DNA of 64,000 nucleotides from Hormiphora californensis (Eukaryota; Animalia; Ctenophora): contig CM035356.1 of the NCBI GenBank assembly GCA_020137815.1, positions 6,386,001-6,450,000 on the forward strand, written 5' to 3'. The position numbers and the translations under genes were made by a program. Under the pieces are notes generated by a model, which was not told where the DNA came from, searched no databases, and saw only the letters and a program-made list of their open reading frames with translations. Below, piece by piece: positions 11,920 through 25,758 of this stretch (positions are counted from its first letter, which is position 1; each line of letters starts with the position of its first letter).

Positions 11920-12294
11920 TGTGCTACAGCAAAGGAGTAATAGGTTAGGGGCGGCATCAAATTGGAGGACCTTTGGTCTTACGGCTACTGAGGGGGGCAG
12001 ACGGGTTGAAAAAGTCACTTTCGGTGTTAGGAAACATTAGGAAACATTAGGAAACACATTGAGTGGGTGCAAGTAAAGATTTCATCAAGAAAAAAGAAAA
12101 GAGAACTTAAACGCCCACACTAAAGTGGCGTGTAAGATTAAAATATAACTGAACAACATCAACTTTAAATTAAACTCATCCCGCAGCGTTTATATAATAA
12201 AATTTTTTACACATGCTACATTTTTTCTGAAATTTAACTGCGATCTACCCCAATACAACGTCATCAAAAACAGCAACAAAATATTAAACCAACA

Positions 12295-15200
12295 CTACTT
12301 TGGGTTGATCTGTACAGCGTTATCTCTCTCCAAGTTAGCAAATGGATCAACATGTGCCTCCTCGTTAACTCGTGTTAACAAAAGGATAACGGTTAACATT
12401 CCAAATAGACTGATGATCAATATAACTATCCAACGGCGGAGATTAGCAGAAAAGGGATCGTCTCTCGTCCGACTTTTTGACACATGCAATCTGAGATCGG
12501 GAGATGATAAATTAGGGTCGGGGTGAGTAACAAATGGGTGAGTAACAAATGGAGAACAATTTTCTGAGGAAGGTGTTGTGGGAAGAATTATTACCTGAGC
12601 CATCGGGTCAACCATTCTTTCAAACTACGACGTCTGTATTTATCCTCATCACAGTCAAATGATGCTACACTGGGTCTGACTGGCTCCTCCCGTGAGTCTA
12701 CCGCTACCTTGCTCCTGTCATAGGAACCTGTGTGGAGAACAAATGAGGGGGTTAGGAACCTGTGTGGAGAACAAATGAGGGGGTTAGGAACCTGTGTGGA
12801 GAACAAATGAGGGGGTTAGGAACCTGTGTGGAGAACAAATGAGGGGGTTAGGAACCTGTGTGGAGAACAAATGAGGGGGTTAGGAACCTGTGTGGAGAAC
12901 AGATGAGGGGGTTAGGAACCTGTGTGAAGAACAAATGAGGGGGTTAGGAACCTGTGTGGAGAACAAATGAGGGGGTTAGGAACCTGTGTGGAGAACAAAT
13001 GAGGGGGTTAGGAACCTGTGTGGAGAACAGATGAGGGGGTTAGGAACCTGTGCGGAGAACAGATGAGGGGGTTAGGAACCTGTGCGGAGAACAGATGAGG
13101 GGGTTAGGAACCTGTGTGAAGAACAAATGAGGGGGTTAGGAACCTGTGTGGAGAACAAATGAGGGGGTTAGGAACCTGTGTGAAGAACAAATGAGGGGGT
13201 TAGGAACCTGTGTGGAGAACAAATGAGGGGGTTAGGAACCTGTGTGGAGAACAGATGAGGGGGTTAGGAACCTGTGTGGAGAACAAATGAGGGGGTTAGG
13301 AATCTGAGTGAAGAACAAATGAGGGGGTTAGGAACCTGTGTGGAGAACAGATGAGGGGGTTAGGAACCTGTGTGGAGAACAAATGAGGGGGTTAGGAACC
13401 TGTGTGGAGAACAAATGAGGGGGTTAGGAACCTGTGTGAAGAACAAATGAGGGGGTTAGGAACCTGTGTGGAGAACAAATGAGGGGGTTAGGAACCTGTG
13501 TGGAGAACAGATGAGGGGGTTAGGAACCTGTGTGGAGAACAAATGAGGGGGTTAGGAACCTGTGTGGAGAACAGATGAGGGGGTTAGGAACCTGTGTGAA
13601 GAACAGATGAGGGGGTTAGGAACCTGTGTGAAGAACAAATGAGGGGGTTAGGAACCTGTGTGGAGAACAAATGAGGGGGTTAGGAACCTGTGTGGAGAAC
13701 AAATGAGGGGGTTAGGAACCTGTGTGGAGAACAAATGAGGGGGTTAGGAACCTGTGTGGAGAACAAATGAGGGGGTTAGGAACCTGTGTGGAGAACAGAT
13801 GAGGGGGTTAGGAACCTGTGTGGAGAACAAATGAGGGGGTTAGGAACCTGTGTGGAGAACAGATGAGGGGGTTAGGAACCTGTGTGGAGAACAAATGAGG
13901 GGGTTAGGAACCTGTGTGGAGAACAAATGAGGGGGTTAGGAACCTGTGTGAAGAACAAATGAGGGGGTTAGGAACCTGTGTGGAGAACGAATGAGGGGGT
14001 TAGGAACCTGTGTGGAGAACAAATGAGGGGGTTAGGAACCTGTGTGGAGAACAAATGAGGGGGTTAGGAACCTGTGTGGAGAACAGATGAGGGGGTTAGG
14101 AACCTGTGTGGAGAACAAATGAGGGGGTTAGGAACCTGTGTGGAGAACAAATGAGGGGGTTAGGAACCTGTGTGGAGAACAGATGAGAGGGTTAGGAACC
14201 TGTGTGAAGAACAAATGAGGGGGTTAGGAACCTGTGTGGAGAACAAATGAGGGGGTTAGGAACCTGTGTGGAGAACAGATGAGGGGGTTAGGAACCTGTG
14301 TGAAGAACAAATGAGGGGGTTAGGAACCTGTGTGGAGAACAAATGAGGGGGTTAGGAACCTGTGTGAAGAACAAATGAGGGGGTTAGGAACCTGTGTGAA
14401 GAACAAATGAGGGGGTTAGGAACCTGTGTGGAGAACAAATGAGGGGGTTAGGAACCTGTGTGGAGAACAAATGAGGGGGTTAGGAACCTGTGTGGAGAAC
14501 AGATGAGGGGGTTAGGAACCTGTGTGGAGAACAGATGAGGGGGTTAGGAACCTGTGTGGAGAACAAATGAGGGGGTTAGGAACCTGTGTGAAGAACAAAT
14601 GAGGGGGTTAGGAACCTGTGTGAAGAACAAATGAGGGGGTTAGGAACCTGTGTGGAGAACAAATGAGGGGGTTAGGAACCTGTGTGGAGAACAAATGAGG
14701 GGGATAGGAACCTGTGTGGAGAACAGATGAGGGGGTTAGGAACCTGGGTGGAGAACAAATGAGGGGGTTAGGAACCTGTGTGGAGAACAAATGAGGGGGT
14801 TAGGAACCTGTGTGGAGAACAAATGAGGGGGTTAGGAACCTGTGTGAAGAACAGATGAGGGGGTTAGGAACCTGTGTGGAGAACAGATGAGAGGGTTAGG
14901 AACCTGTGTGGAGAACAAATGAGGGGGTTAGGAACCTGTGTGGAGAACAGATGAGGGGGTTAGGAACCTGTGTGGAGAACAAATGAGGGGGTTAGGAACC
15001 TGTGTGAAGAACAAATGAGGGGGTTAGGAACCTGTGTGGAGAAAAGATGAGGGGGTTAGGAACCTGTGTGGAGAACAAATGAGGGGGTTAGGAACCTGTG
15101 TGAAGAACAAATGAGGGGGTTAGGAACCTGTGTGGAGAACAAATGAGGGGGTTAGGAACCTGTGTGGAGAACAAATGAGGGGGTTAGGAACCTGTGTGGA

Positions 15201-18200
15201 GAACAGATGAGGGGGTTAGGAACCTGTGTGGAGAACAAATGAGGGGGTTAGGAACCTGTGTGGAGAAACAAATGAGGGGGTTAGGAACCTGTGTGGAAGA
15301 ACAAATGAGGGGGTTAGGAACCCTGTGTGAGAACAAATGAGGGGGTTAGGAACCTGTGTGGAGAACAAATGAGGGGGTTAGGAACCTGTGCGGAGAACAG
15401 ATGAGGGGGTTAGGAACCTGTGTGGAGAACAAATGAGGGGGTTAGGAACCTGTGTGGAGAACAAATGAGGGGGTTAGGAACCTGTGGTGGAGAACAAATG
15501 AGGGGTTAGGAACCTGTGTGGAGAACAGATGAGGGGGTTAGGAACCTGTTGTGGAGAACAAATGAGGGGGTTAGGAACCTGTGTGAAGAACAAATGAGGG
15601 GGTTAGGAACCTGTGTGAAGAACAAATGAGGGGGTTAGGAAACCTGTGTGGAGAACAAATGAGGGGGTTAGGAACCTGTGTGGAGAACAAATGAGGGGGT
15701 TAGGAACCTGTGTGGAGAACAGATGAGGGGGTTAGGAACCTGTGTGGAGAACAGATGAGGGGGTTAGGAACCTGTGTGAAGAACAAATGAGGGGGTTAGG
15801 AACCTGTGTGGAGAACAAATGAGGGGGTTATGGAACCTGTGTGGAGAACAAATGAGGGGGTTAGGAACCTGTGTGAAGAACAAATGAGGGGGTTAGGAAC
15901 CTGTGTGGAGAACAAATGAGGGGGTTAGGAACCTGTGTGGAGAACAAATGAGGGGGTTAGGAACCTGTGCGGAGAACAGATGAGGGGGTTAGGAACCTGT
16001 GTGGAGAACAAATGAGGGGGTTAGGAACCTGTGTGGAGAACAAATGAGGGGGTTAGGAACCTGTGTGGAGAACAAATGAGGGGGTTAGGAACCTGTGTGG
16101 AGAACAGATGAGGGGGTTAGGAACCTGTGTGGAGAACAAATGAGGGGGTTAGGAACCTGTGTGAAGAACAAATGAGGGGGTTAGGAACCTGTGTGAAGAA
16201 CAAATGAGGGGGTTAGGAACCTGTGTGGAGAACAAATGAGGGGGTTAGGAACCTGTGTGGAGAACAAATGAGGGGGTTAGGAACCTGTGTGGAGAACAGA
16301 TGAGGGGGTTAGGAACCTGTGTGGAGAACAAATGAGGGGGTTAGGAACCTGTGTGGAGAACAAATGAGGGGGTTAGGAACCTGTGTGGAGAACAAATGAG
16401 GGGGTTAGGAACCTGTGTGGAGAACAAATGAGGGGGTTAGGAACCTGTGTGGAGAACAAATGAGGGGGTTAGGAACCTGTGTAGAGAACAAATGAGGGGG
16501 TTAGGAACCTGTGTGGAGAACAAATGAGGGGGTTAGGGGGCAAAGAAAATTATTGAATCATGACCCTCTTTTCCTTACAAGAAAGTTAAAATGGGTACGT
16601 GCTGTCAAGTCAAGTCGTAAATAGAAATGACACAGTGGCAAGTTTCTATTGCAACATGACAAAATAAATTCCCGTAACTTGAAGTGGTTACCCTAGTTAC
16701 CATGGTAGTTTAGTCACTCTAGTTACCATGGTAGTTAAGTTACCCTAGTTACCCTGTATAGTAGTACCTGTGTTAGGTGACACAATTCCCACTGGAATGG
16801 AGCTGTCCTGCTTTTTAACCAGGGCCGCAACTGCAGGCGGTGTCTTAGGTTCAACCTCTGCTGCTTCTTGTTGCAGGGGTGGTCCGGGGGATGGCGTAAG
16901 TTTTACCACCGCTAGAAACAGATATTATTGATTATTTCATAGTCCTATTTTCTGCTCAAAGAAAAAAAATAGGGCCGGTTATTTCTAAAGATCAGCATAT
17001 TGTGTTTAAAGCAAAAAAGGTAAGCTATCACCGACTAACCGTTAGTACGTGCGGTTGGCATTGGTGTGCTAGTGTGTATGGGCGGTGGGAGGGTTCTGGG
17101 TACTACTGGCAGGCCGAGACCGGGCCGGGCCCAGGTCTCAGTAGCAAGGCCACTCCTCAGCGCCTCCGCAATGGCAGACTTGTTACTAGGTTCAGGGAAT
17201 ATTCCCTCCTGCGTGAGAGGGGTTTAAACATCATCAGATAGTTTTTACCCTTCAAAACTTCCACCAAAATATCCAACCAAAACAGAAACTTGGTCACGAA
17301 ATGACAACCCTCACACTCTGAGTGGTGATTAATAATTAACTAATTACAGTCGGACCCCGATTTAGTGGCATCCTCGGGGGAAAGAAATCCTGCCACTAAA
17401 TCGGGGTGCCACTAAATCGGGGTGAGCCATATTTGGCCCATAAAAACCTATTTTATGCCCAAAATGCTATACTAAGACTAAAGACACCTGTTATATGCAA
17501 TATTCATGTATTGATGACATGATCATATCTAATTAGAAATAGAAAACTATCAAATAACTTTTTCAAAAAATTTGTGAAAAATTTTCTAAGTCATACCAGC
17601 CCGTCCAATTTGTGTTTCGAATCGGTGCAGCTTCCTGGATGTCCTGTCTAATTAGCAGGTTCGAAACGAACCGATACGTGATACCATGCCGAATCGGTGC
17701 ACCCTAAGCGGGTGAGGAAGTATCAAAATTTCAAAATAACATTTTCTCTCAAAATTTATGGGGAGCACCGATCAAAGCATTGACAATCGTACTGTAAAAT
17801 TTTGCAAAAAAAAGTTTTAAAATTTTTTAAAGGTATACCAGCCACGTCCGAATCGTGTTTCGAATCGGTGCATCTTATCGCATGTCTTGCTGCTAATTAG
17901 ACGGTTCGGAACGAATCGAAACGTGATCCCCATCGAATCGAAATTTTGACGCTTGGTAAACTTATGACTCAATGGCCCCATGGGGATCACGTATCGGTTC
18001 GTTCCGAAATGTTAATTAGCAGCAGGACATGCGATAAGATTCACTGATTCGAAACACGATTTGGACGTGGCTGGTATTCCTTTGAAAAATTTTCAAAAAA
18101 TTTTCAAAAAAATTCACAAAAAAATTCAAAAAAATTTTTGGGGGAAAAAAATCCTGCCACTAAATCGGGGTGCCACTAAATCGGGGGCCACTAAATCGGG

Positions 18201-18661
18201 GTCCGACTGTACCTAATTACTAATTACCACACTAACCTGGCATGTTATACAGGTGTAACCCCCAGGTGCAGTGGTGGCCGGTAGGGACTGGGCGTATTTA
18301 GTCAGGCACTGTTTATGAAACACGTGTAGACATAGTAGTCGGATAGTGGGGTGTGCAGATAGTGGGTCGTTACAGAACCGACAGTTAGGCACGTACTCCG
18401 AGTCTTGCAGCCATTTTAGATAAGTTTGGACAATACACTGTGTGGAATAAAATGGTTGTTTTTATCTTTTGTGAAATCAAAAGTTATTACACTTGGTTTA
18501 TTTATATCAGTCTGAAATCGGTTGTCAAAGCTAAGATATAAGATGAAATGTTTGGGTACCTGGGAGTGAGTTGAGAGAAGACAAGTCTCACAGACGTTTA
18601 CCCGACATTCAAAACAAAACAAGTTTGTGACCTTCTTCAGCGGACATTTACAGAGCCCCAT
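12295..18661 (-). CDS. ZFPL1: Zinc finger protein-like 1 (B-box-like + RING/PHD-like zinc fingers, C-terminal TM; cis-Golgi), 6 exons
   Basis: Exons 18560-18661, 18237-18437, 17040-17208, 16768-16911, 12595-12727, 12295-12490, phase-consistent. [28 protein letters not shown]...[15 protein letters not shown]...RLLCLHVFH...TAPGGYTC...WARPGLGLP...DEDKYRRR...TM...DPF. Confidence 0.95.
12721..16537 (-). repeat. 32-bp tandem array (~119 copies) of the ZFPL1 intron-4 branch point + acceptor junction
   Basis: Minus-strand unit ACCCCCTCATTTGTTCTCCACACAG|GTTCCTA; true junction CACACAG|GTTCCTATGAC at 12728/12727. Confidence 0.97.
17347..18209. mobile_element. Tc1/mariner-type MITE (CAGTCGGACCCCGATTTAG TIR, TA TSD) in ZFPL1 intron 2
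   Basis: TA|CAGTCGGACCCCGATTTAGTGGC...GCCACTAAATCGGGGTCCGACTG|TA; sub-terminal CCACTAAATCGGGG repeats; internal ~100-bp inverted repeat at 17835-18080. Confidence 0.88.
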
Positions 18662-19321
18662 ACTTTCCTACTGATGGGACATGTTAGTTGAAAGAGTTAG
18701 GGAATGTTACATGTTAGAGTTGAGAGAGTGAGGGAATTTTAAAGTTGAGACATGTTAGAATAAGTTGAAGTAGGCTGAGAGAGTGAGAGAGTGAGGGAAT
18801 TCGAGATAATGAAGGAATAGGAAATGAAATGATACAGAGTCAGTGGAATCAATACACCACTCATTGAAAGGAACCCAATTTACAATAATTGACAGAGGTT
18901 TTGACACAATTTGGTCACCTTCCCCGTTTCCCAACTTCATAAAAATATCAAAGAAAATATAACACATTTGATGATTCAACCATCTTTCATCATCAGATAT
19001 AGGTTCTCGTTTACAAATTGTAAAGGAGGTTTAGAACATTATATAACAAGGTGATATATAGGATCCAGCTACATTTTAAACACGAGATTATTTTTGAGAA
19101 ATAATATACACAATATATTTTGTCAGTAGATCTAAATAGAGAGCTAACTACTTTAGAGCTAACTACTTTAGAGAAAAAAGAACCAGCTTTCAAAACATAC
19201 ACCCCAATAAAATCCCACTCTCAAATAAAACACACAATAAATTTTCAAACATTTACATTCATCACATCGACAGCGTTGCTCCTTTATCAAGATTTTCATC
19301 ATATAATGGGTGTTCCCCAGC

Positions 19322-20460
19322 TCATGCCACAGATAAATCATCCATTTGTCTGCCGTACGGAACAGTTCCCGCACCACCTCTTGAGCCTCCGTCCCCCCTG
19401 GGTTAAAAAAGTTATAAACTATCTTCATTCTCTATCTCTCATTCTAAATAACTATCTCTGTCTCTCTAAGAGAGACTCTTTTTATCACTTACTTTGGTCC
19501 AATAGTTAGGACCATATAGGCCATTCCACCCATAAGGAATCCAAGAGATCCCACCCAAGCAGTCGCTGAACCGCAGATCATGGGTGATGGTATACACAAT
19601 CTGAGGAATTACATAATTAAATGTATGAAAACTATCCATATATGTCTCACTTCATGTGTCTCAAAACAGCAGAAAAGCACATTTGTGCAGTCTTTATGGA
19701 GTGGTAATTGCGGCTTACTACTGCTACAGCCTGCACAGATATAACATGCACACGTATACAAAATTACTGTACACGCGATGTCCAGTAGGCTATACCATAC
19801 TATACTATACTATACCATGCTAATTTTTATAGAACTGCTTTTTCAGCAGCAGATATGCCTTCCTGGTAAGATCAAACCGTGCTAATATTACACAAGGTCA
19901 CGGATCACATACGCAAAATAAAGTGCCATTTTCTGCCAGTGCCGGATCTGATCTGATTTTGAGTCCAGCCACTTTCCCAGGTCAAGGAACAGGAACAGAA
20001 AGGTCGCTTCCAGCATCAGAACACATACACCCGCACACCTGTATTTGGATAAACATGATGATAGGATCGAAGAAAGGAAATCAACCCTGCCCTCCCCAGT
20101 TCTATGAAATTTACCCTCCCCAGTTCTATGAAATGAGCCCATTTCCGGGTACTTACACCATGTAAATTCCCATTGCAATGCATTTCGCAGAGAAGGATAT
20201 CAAAACAAAGATTCCACACAGTGATGCAACTGAAAGAAGAAATAGAGATAAAGCTCAAACCATTCATACAGCACTCAAGTGTTCATGCGTGAGAACAAGT
20301 GTAAATAGACGAATCAGGAGGAAGATTTAAAAGAAAAGGAACTCAACAAATTGATAGAGCATGATTACTACTTACCCACTGCCCCAACAGTTGATACTCC
20401 CTTAGCAAGTGTCCGGACCCAGAAAGTCCCCTGTTGGGAGGGCGGTGCCTGATCTACCAT
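19322..20460 (-). CDS. CACFD1: Calcium channel flower homolog, 5 exons
   Basis: Exons 20376-20460, 20157-20229, 19913-20038, 19493-19600, 19322-19397 give MVDQAPPSQQGTFWVRTLAKGVSTVGAV...LMLEATFLFLFLDLGKWLDSKSDQIRHWQKMALYFA...GMAYMVLTIGPKGD..., matching the Flower pattern (LLCEAPFC...RSWQKAVFY...LGKKGD). Confidence 0.88.
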
Positions 20461-20765
20461 CGGCTATAATGGGCAATTAGTGAATAACCATTGATATCAC
20501 ACATCAAGACAAAGACTTGTTTAATGCAAATGGAAAATGTAAAAATGTGCTACATATATTGTTCACCGGTCACGAAAATAAGAGAAAAATACGGAAAATA
20601 AATAATGGTCATGGAATAAAGTACTGTTTTTAGAAAACGTGAATAAAACATAAAACGTAAATAAAGTTATACCTTAACTGTTATGTACTACTAAACATTT
20701 AATAAACGTAAAAACTCTTTAAATTCTGATTTAAAAAGTGTTTTAATCCTGTTTAACACCCCATA

Positions 20766-21366
20766 CTAAACACCATCCTCCTCTTCATTTGCTTTATTTG
20801 CTGTTTCTGCAACCTCATCTGTTTTTAGAGTATCTTTGTAACTCGGTAATCCAAGCTCGAAATAATCTGAAAAAGAGATTTGTCGACATTTGGGATTCAA
20901 AAACGCGATGAGCAAACCATAGTACACAAACAAGATGCGTGGAATAGTATGGTAAATTACAATGATAAATACCTTTAACAACTGGAGGGTCACTGTAGCA
21001 CAGACAGGCTGAGAAAAATCGACACAGTGCTCCGCAAATAGCTATCACAAATCCACCGCAGAAAATGGCAATGAAAACCACAACTGAAACAACGAAAATC
21101 AGTATTGAACGATCCGGGGTGGGCTCGGTAGCCTTGGTCGGGGTGTGGGTGTGAAACAAGCGGGATCCAGGGATGGGCTTTAAATCATACTTCCGAGTGA
21201 TAAGCTATCTCCACTGGGATCATGGTTTTCAACGGCGATCCTCCTACGTTTGGTGTAGCCCGAAACAACTGAAAATAGAGTGGGTCAGTTATGAATGGTT
21301 TTTACCCCATCTTTCATACTTACAGTGGGGTAATAGGATGGAAACAAATCCAGCAGAGGGCCTCAT
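20766..21366 (-). CDS. Small single-pass membrane protein with a cytoplasmic LPSY (PY-type) motif; 5' part not joinable in frame
   Basis: The TM exon (SILIFVVSVVVFIAIFCGGFVIAICG) ends at donor 20973 and splices in phase to 20766-20866 (DYFELGLPSYKD). A signal-peptide-like exon starts at ATG 21366 but the frame breaks near 21180-21205 (error or pseudogene). Confidence 0.45.
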
Positions 21367-21909
21367 CACGTCATTTGTAAATTGGCGAGCTTGAAAAGTT
21401 AAATGCGAAAATTTTCCGCTCAAAAACAATTTGAATTTGAAGATTTGACAATTTTATTTCACGTGCGATCGCGATGCATTCTCAGAAATGAATGGAACGC
21501 GCAATAAAAGTCTTCGACTACGCTGCAATATCGTCTAAAAAGCCGCGCGCTTGCATTCAAGCTCAACACGAAATAAAATTTTCAGTTTTCTTACTTTCAG
21601 GTCCAATTTTTTTAAATTCCCGGTTCTCCGCTCCATTTTTCCATGCTTTCTCGTTCCCCGTCATTGGAGCTTGTTATCAACCACCTTCCTAAACTTGAAT
21701 TACTCAAAATGAAACTGTTCGTACAGTACTGAAGCCTGAAACAGGAGTCGGGACCCCTGACAAAAGCGCTCACCAGTGCAGGGTGTTCAACATTCTAACT
21801 TTGAGCTTAAGAAAAGACAAGACAAGATCCGTAAAGACAAGCCCACACACACACAATTTAATCACAGCACATCACTTTATTTTGCTACAACTTATTATAA
21901 TTTATTTTT

Positions 21910-23005
21910 ACTAGAGTACCCGTTTGCTGGGAACCCGTGACCTGGTAAATGGTAATTAATCCTCATATAACCGGTGACATTTGTGTTTGATTTTTAAAAG
22001 ATAATTTGTTTGTTCTCATAGTAGGAGCGGTTAGATCAGCACGTGCAGAAAGTCGCGTGCCACCCTAATCTCAGGTTACTCTCACGGCTTCATTTTGCAT
22101 CCAATCCAAAAGTGACCTTCATCAAACCTGTAGATCTCCTCAAGGAGAAGCGAAAACTTGAGGGACATTTCTTGATAATGATTGGATGCGACCTCGAGGA
22201 GCTATGACAATGCGCAAAAAGGGGTGGCATGCGACTTTAACCACGTGGTGATCTAACCGCTCCTACTATATCATACACCTTGGGTTTTTGAAAAAACGGC
22301 CATTACAATTTTGGCGAGGCGGGTAAATCATTTACTGTAACGCGCGAATTTTCCCAAAAAAAGCGCTGCTTTTTTACGCCGCGCGCGGAACCTAGAATTA
22401 CGCGCGCAGTGTAAAATTTTAAAATTCATTGAAAATTTCCTCGCGTCTTATGTCGCCAAAAAAAAGTCGACGAAAAATTCCAAATTCGTGAATTTAGAAT
22501 TATAAGAACTCCGGTCAGTTCTCATCTTGCCAATCCGTTTTCCGGGAACCCCTGGCCAAAGGACATTGAAATTCACATACCGACCAAGTTTCATATCGAT
22601 TGGAGAAGATTTTGGGTGGCTATGGTGAAAAATATCGTATTTTTGGCATTTTTAACTTTCCCGACGCGATTTACGACCCTCAAACATTGAGTTACGGGAA
22701 ATCGCTATCAAGTAAAATGAAGTTCAAACGATTCTCTTTCCCCACTATTGCGTTAGTTTTTTGATTTAGAGCCGTTTTCAGGGTCTTAGAAGCGTTTGAA
22801 AAATGTAAGTCTTTTTGTCGCAATGACGTCACCCCGTGACGTCACTGTTGTAAAGATCGGATCAAAAATCTGAGCCCGTACTTACACCCGCCTTGGTCCA
22901 AAGTACCAGTGTACAAATTTTCAGGGGTCTAGCTCAAAAACTGTAGGAGGAGTAGGGAGAAAACAATTATCGGACTAACATTTTGGAAATTATTATATGG
23001 ATGAT
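21910..23005. mobile_element. Probable degenerate non-autonomous interspersed repeat (Helitron-like) hosting the 22019 MITE
   Basis: Non-coding; ACTAG start and AAGTTTCAT / GGAGGAGTAG / TTATTATATGGAT-type motifs typical of such repeats; pattern recognition only. Confidence 0.3.
22019..22268. mobile_element. MITE with TAGTAGGAGCGG TIR, copy 1
   Basis: TAGTAGGAGCGGTTAGATCA...TGATCTAACCGCTCCTACTA. Confidence 0.8.
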
Positions 23006-24329
23006 GATAAAAATATTCTTAATCCACTAATTTATTATTTTAATCACCCAATTAACTTATTATTTTTAATCAAAAGTAATCTGTATTATTCAATCTGACT
23101 CAAGCTACCCAGCTGTTATCACTCACTTTTCTTTCTTCTTTTTTTGTATCAATTTTGTCCAACCTTAGTCACTGCCTTTCCACATCATCCACTTCGATGA
23201 ACTTTTTCAACTTATTTCACTTCCCTCACACTATTTCAAACATGACTCCACCCTAATTCTTACTAGTTAACAATATTCAAATCACAATCACCTATCTTTT
23301 CTTCTTTTTTATACCATAACGTATTTTTTATACTCTTTTTTCCTCGGACTAAATCTTCTCTCTTTCTTATTATTTCTTGATCAAAATTAGCTTGAATGGC
23401 ATTCCTCTGGCTATGAGAAGGCCGCTATAGACGCGGTGTTAGTTTTAACGATAATCTCGGTGTTCTTTAAGTATATCTTTAAGTTCTAGTTTAAACGAGT
23501 AGTGAACTAGCATATTTAACGCATGATAGCGGGATATAAATATTCGATATTATTATATTATTATTATTATTATTCACAGTCACCCAGACCCCAGTCACAT
23601 ATAAACACCATTACTGGACCTTGTCAATATTTGTCTACAGTTTTGAGGTCAGCCCGTTTTATCACGAAAACCTGGGAAACCTCCACGACCAGCGTCAAAA
23701 TCTGGGTGTTTGGTGAGTGCTGACAAACGGTTTTTAGGGTTAGGGCTAAAGTAGAGTTAGAGTTGGGATTTGGGTTGGGGTTAGGCCTTGACATTTCCTA
23801 CCAGATAAACTTTGAATTAGCCAAAACGGTGTTTTGGCGGTTAGAGCCATTTTAGTGAATCAACTTTTTTGGAAGCACACACCTGTTAACAGGCCACGAA
23901 ACACCCAGATCGTAACAGCGCCCGACCTTCACCATCCATCTATTGGTGCGAGAATTCTATTCTCACTGCCCAGGTTCTGCCCAGGTCGGCGGATCTGGAT
24001 CCAGATTTGGGTACGATTCCCCCCCCCCCCCCACTCACTCTCATTTGCTGTTTCTCCCGCAGACTGTCGCAACTGTTATTAGATCCTAAGAGATGCAAAA
24101 CTGTGACGAACACCGAACACCTGTTTTAGTGTAGAAACCAGAGTGTGCAAAGACTGATCAAATAGCGAGTGTTTAATCAAATCAAATCCATTCAAATCAC
24201 CTGGCGTTATCTACAACGTTTAGACCATTTTAGCATACTTTTTTAATTTTTTTGGAAAATCGGGGCAATGAGTACGGTTTTCACCGCGGTTATTAACCTA
24301 TACAGCATGCTATTATTTGAATCATAGGT

Positions 24330-24425
24330 TTGACTGGTTTTGTTGGCGAGAAGGTTTGCGAGCTTCTTGTAAAATACCTCGGCTCTTGGACCCCTGACAC
24401 CCATTGTTGAATCATAGAATTCGGC
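24330..24425 (-). mobile_element. Relic of a non-LTR retroelement ORF C-terminus
   Basis: STMGVRGPRAEVFYKKLANLLANKTSQTY resembles the STxGGMGxEAxxFYKRLAxxLAxK motif of invertebrate non-LTR elements. Confidence 0.45.
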
Positions 24426-24644
24426 TGTTTGATACATCACGATATCCTAATATTCTCACATCCAGGCTTTACACACTCAATAGCAATAGGAGCTTGGCGT
24501 TTTGTGTCTTTTTGCAGTACTTGCGTTTAGCACACTAATCTGGCTTCTCCTAAAATACGACAAACAGATATTTACAACCAGCGTATATTTAGATACACTT
24601 TCTCAGCCTACTATAGACTCTTTTTCTCTCAGTTTGTACTCTTC

Positions 24645-24646
<2 letters not shown>

Positions 24647-24712
<66 letters not shown>
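24647..24712. repeat. (CT)n microsatellite
   Basis: Directly visible. Further GA/CT tracts at ~25413-25555, 25690-25790, 29408-29529, 29790-29883, 35268-35365, 43772-43883 and 43995-44100. Confidence 0.95.
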
Positions 24713-24715
<3 letters not shown>

Positions 24716-25702
24716 ATCCGTACTAATTAATACATGGAAGCGTCCTATTTTGGTCTGCTCAACTCCTATATTGGTCATACCAGTGGTATGATACCACCTG
24801 CACATTTACACATGTAGGGCGTAGTCTTATAATCAAATCGGTCTAATCCCCACCCCCGGTTCTGATCTTGAGTTTATTCCTAAATCCCAGAACATTCTCG
24901 ATAGGTTCCACGGAACACAGTTAACTTGGTTAAGAATTCTCATTTCAAAGCGACAGTTATTTTATCACAGATTCTCTCTTATCTATCATCTGCCAGCTGC
25001 AGCTTTGTGCAGTGCAAGAAGATAAAAAACATCTGCCACCAAGCTAAGCAACCTCCCCTAGTATTATGTAACGCTGGTGCAACACATATATATTATGCAA
25101 CAAACCATAGTGTGCTGCTCTTCTACAAACAAAATATTTCATTGTACAGGGTGTCCCACTGTGCACTGTGCATATTATATTGTATCTAATTTTGAATTAG
25201 TATTTACGTGTTAAATTCACTAGAAATACCCAATAATTTACTGAGCTAAACCAATCATCGCCGCTGCGGGCTGCCACAGTAACTAATGATTATTTGGTGT
25301 GTAAGCTTTTTCTATGTCTGCAGTACTGACCTAACACACTTGCACACTGTGTGTATACATGCATTGTATCCTCTAAAAAAGGTAGACTATCATTAGACAA
25401 AACACTCACACAGTGAGAGAAAGAGGGAGAGAGGGAGCTAGAGCGAAAGGAGAGAGTGAGAGAGAGAGGGAGAGAGTGAGAGAGAGTGATAGAGAGGGGG
25501 AGAGAGAGAGAGAGAAAGAGAGAGAGGGGGAGAGAGGGAGAGAGAGAGAGAGAGATATAAACTTTCTCTCACATACATTGAGTGTTGTGCATTGTCTAAA
25601 ATATCCGTACCGAGGAAATGTATGTGACATTTTAACAGTTGGAAAAGTCCTCTCAACACACGACTCCAGTTCTTTCTTTTTCATTTTCATTCTCTCTCTC
25701 TA

Positions 25703-25758
<56 letters not shown>

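Noticed and set aside
12721-16537. CRISPR array or telomeric repeat (contains GGGTTAGG)
   Set aside because: No unique spacers and a eukaryotic context; the GGTTAG word is the reverse complement of the branch point inside a 32-bp unit
23735-23790. Telomere-like TTAGGG words
   Set aside because: Only a few degenerate copies, probably inside an interspersed repeat
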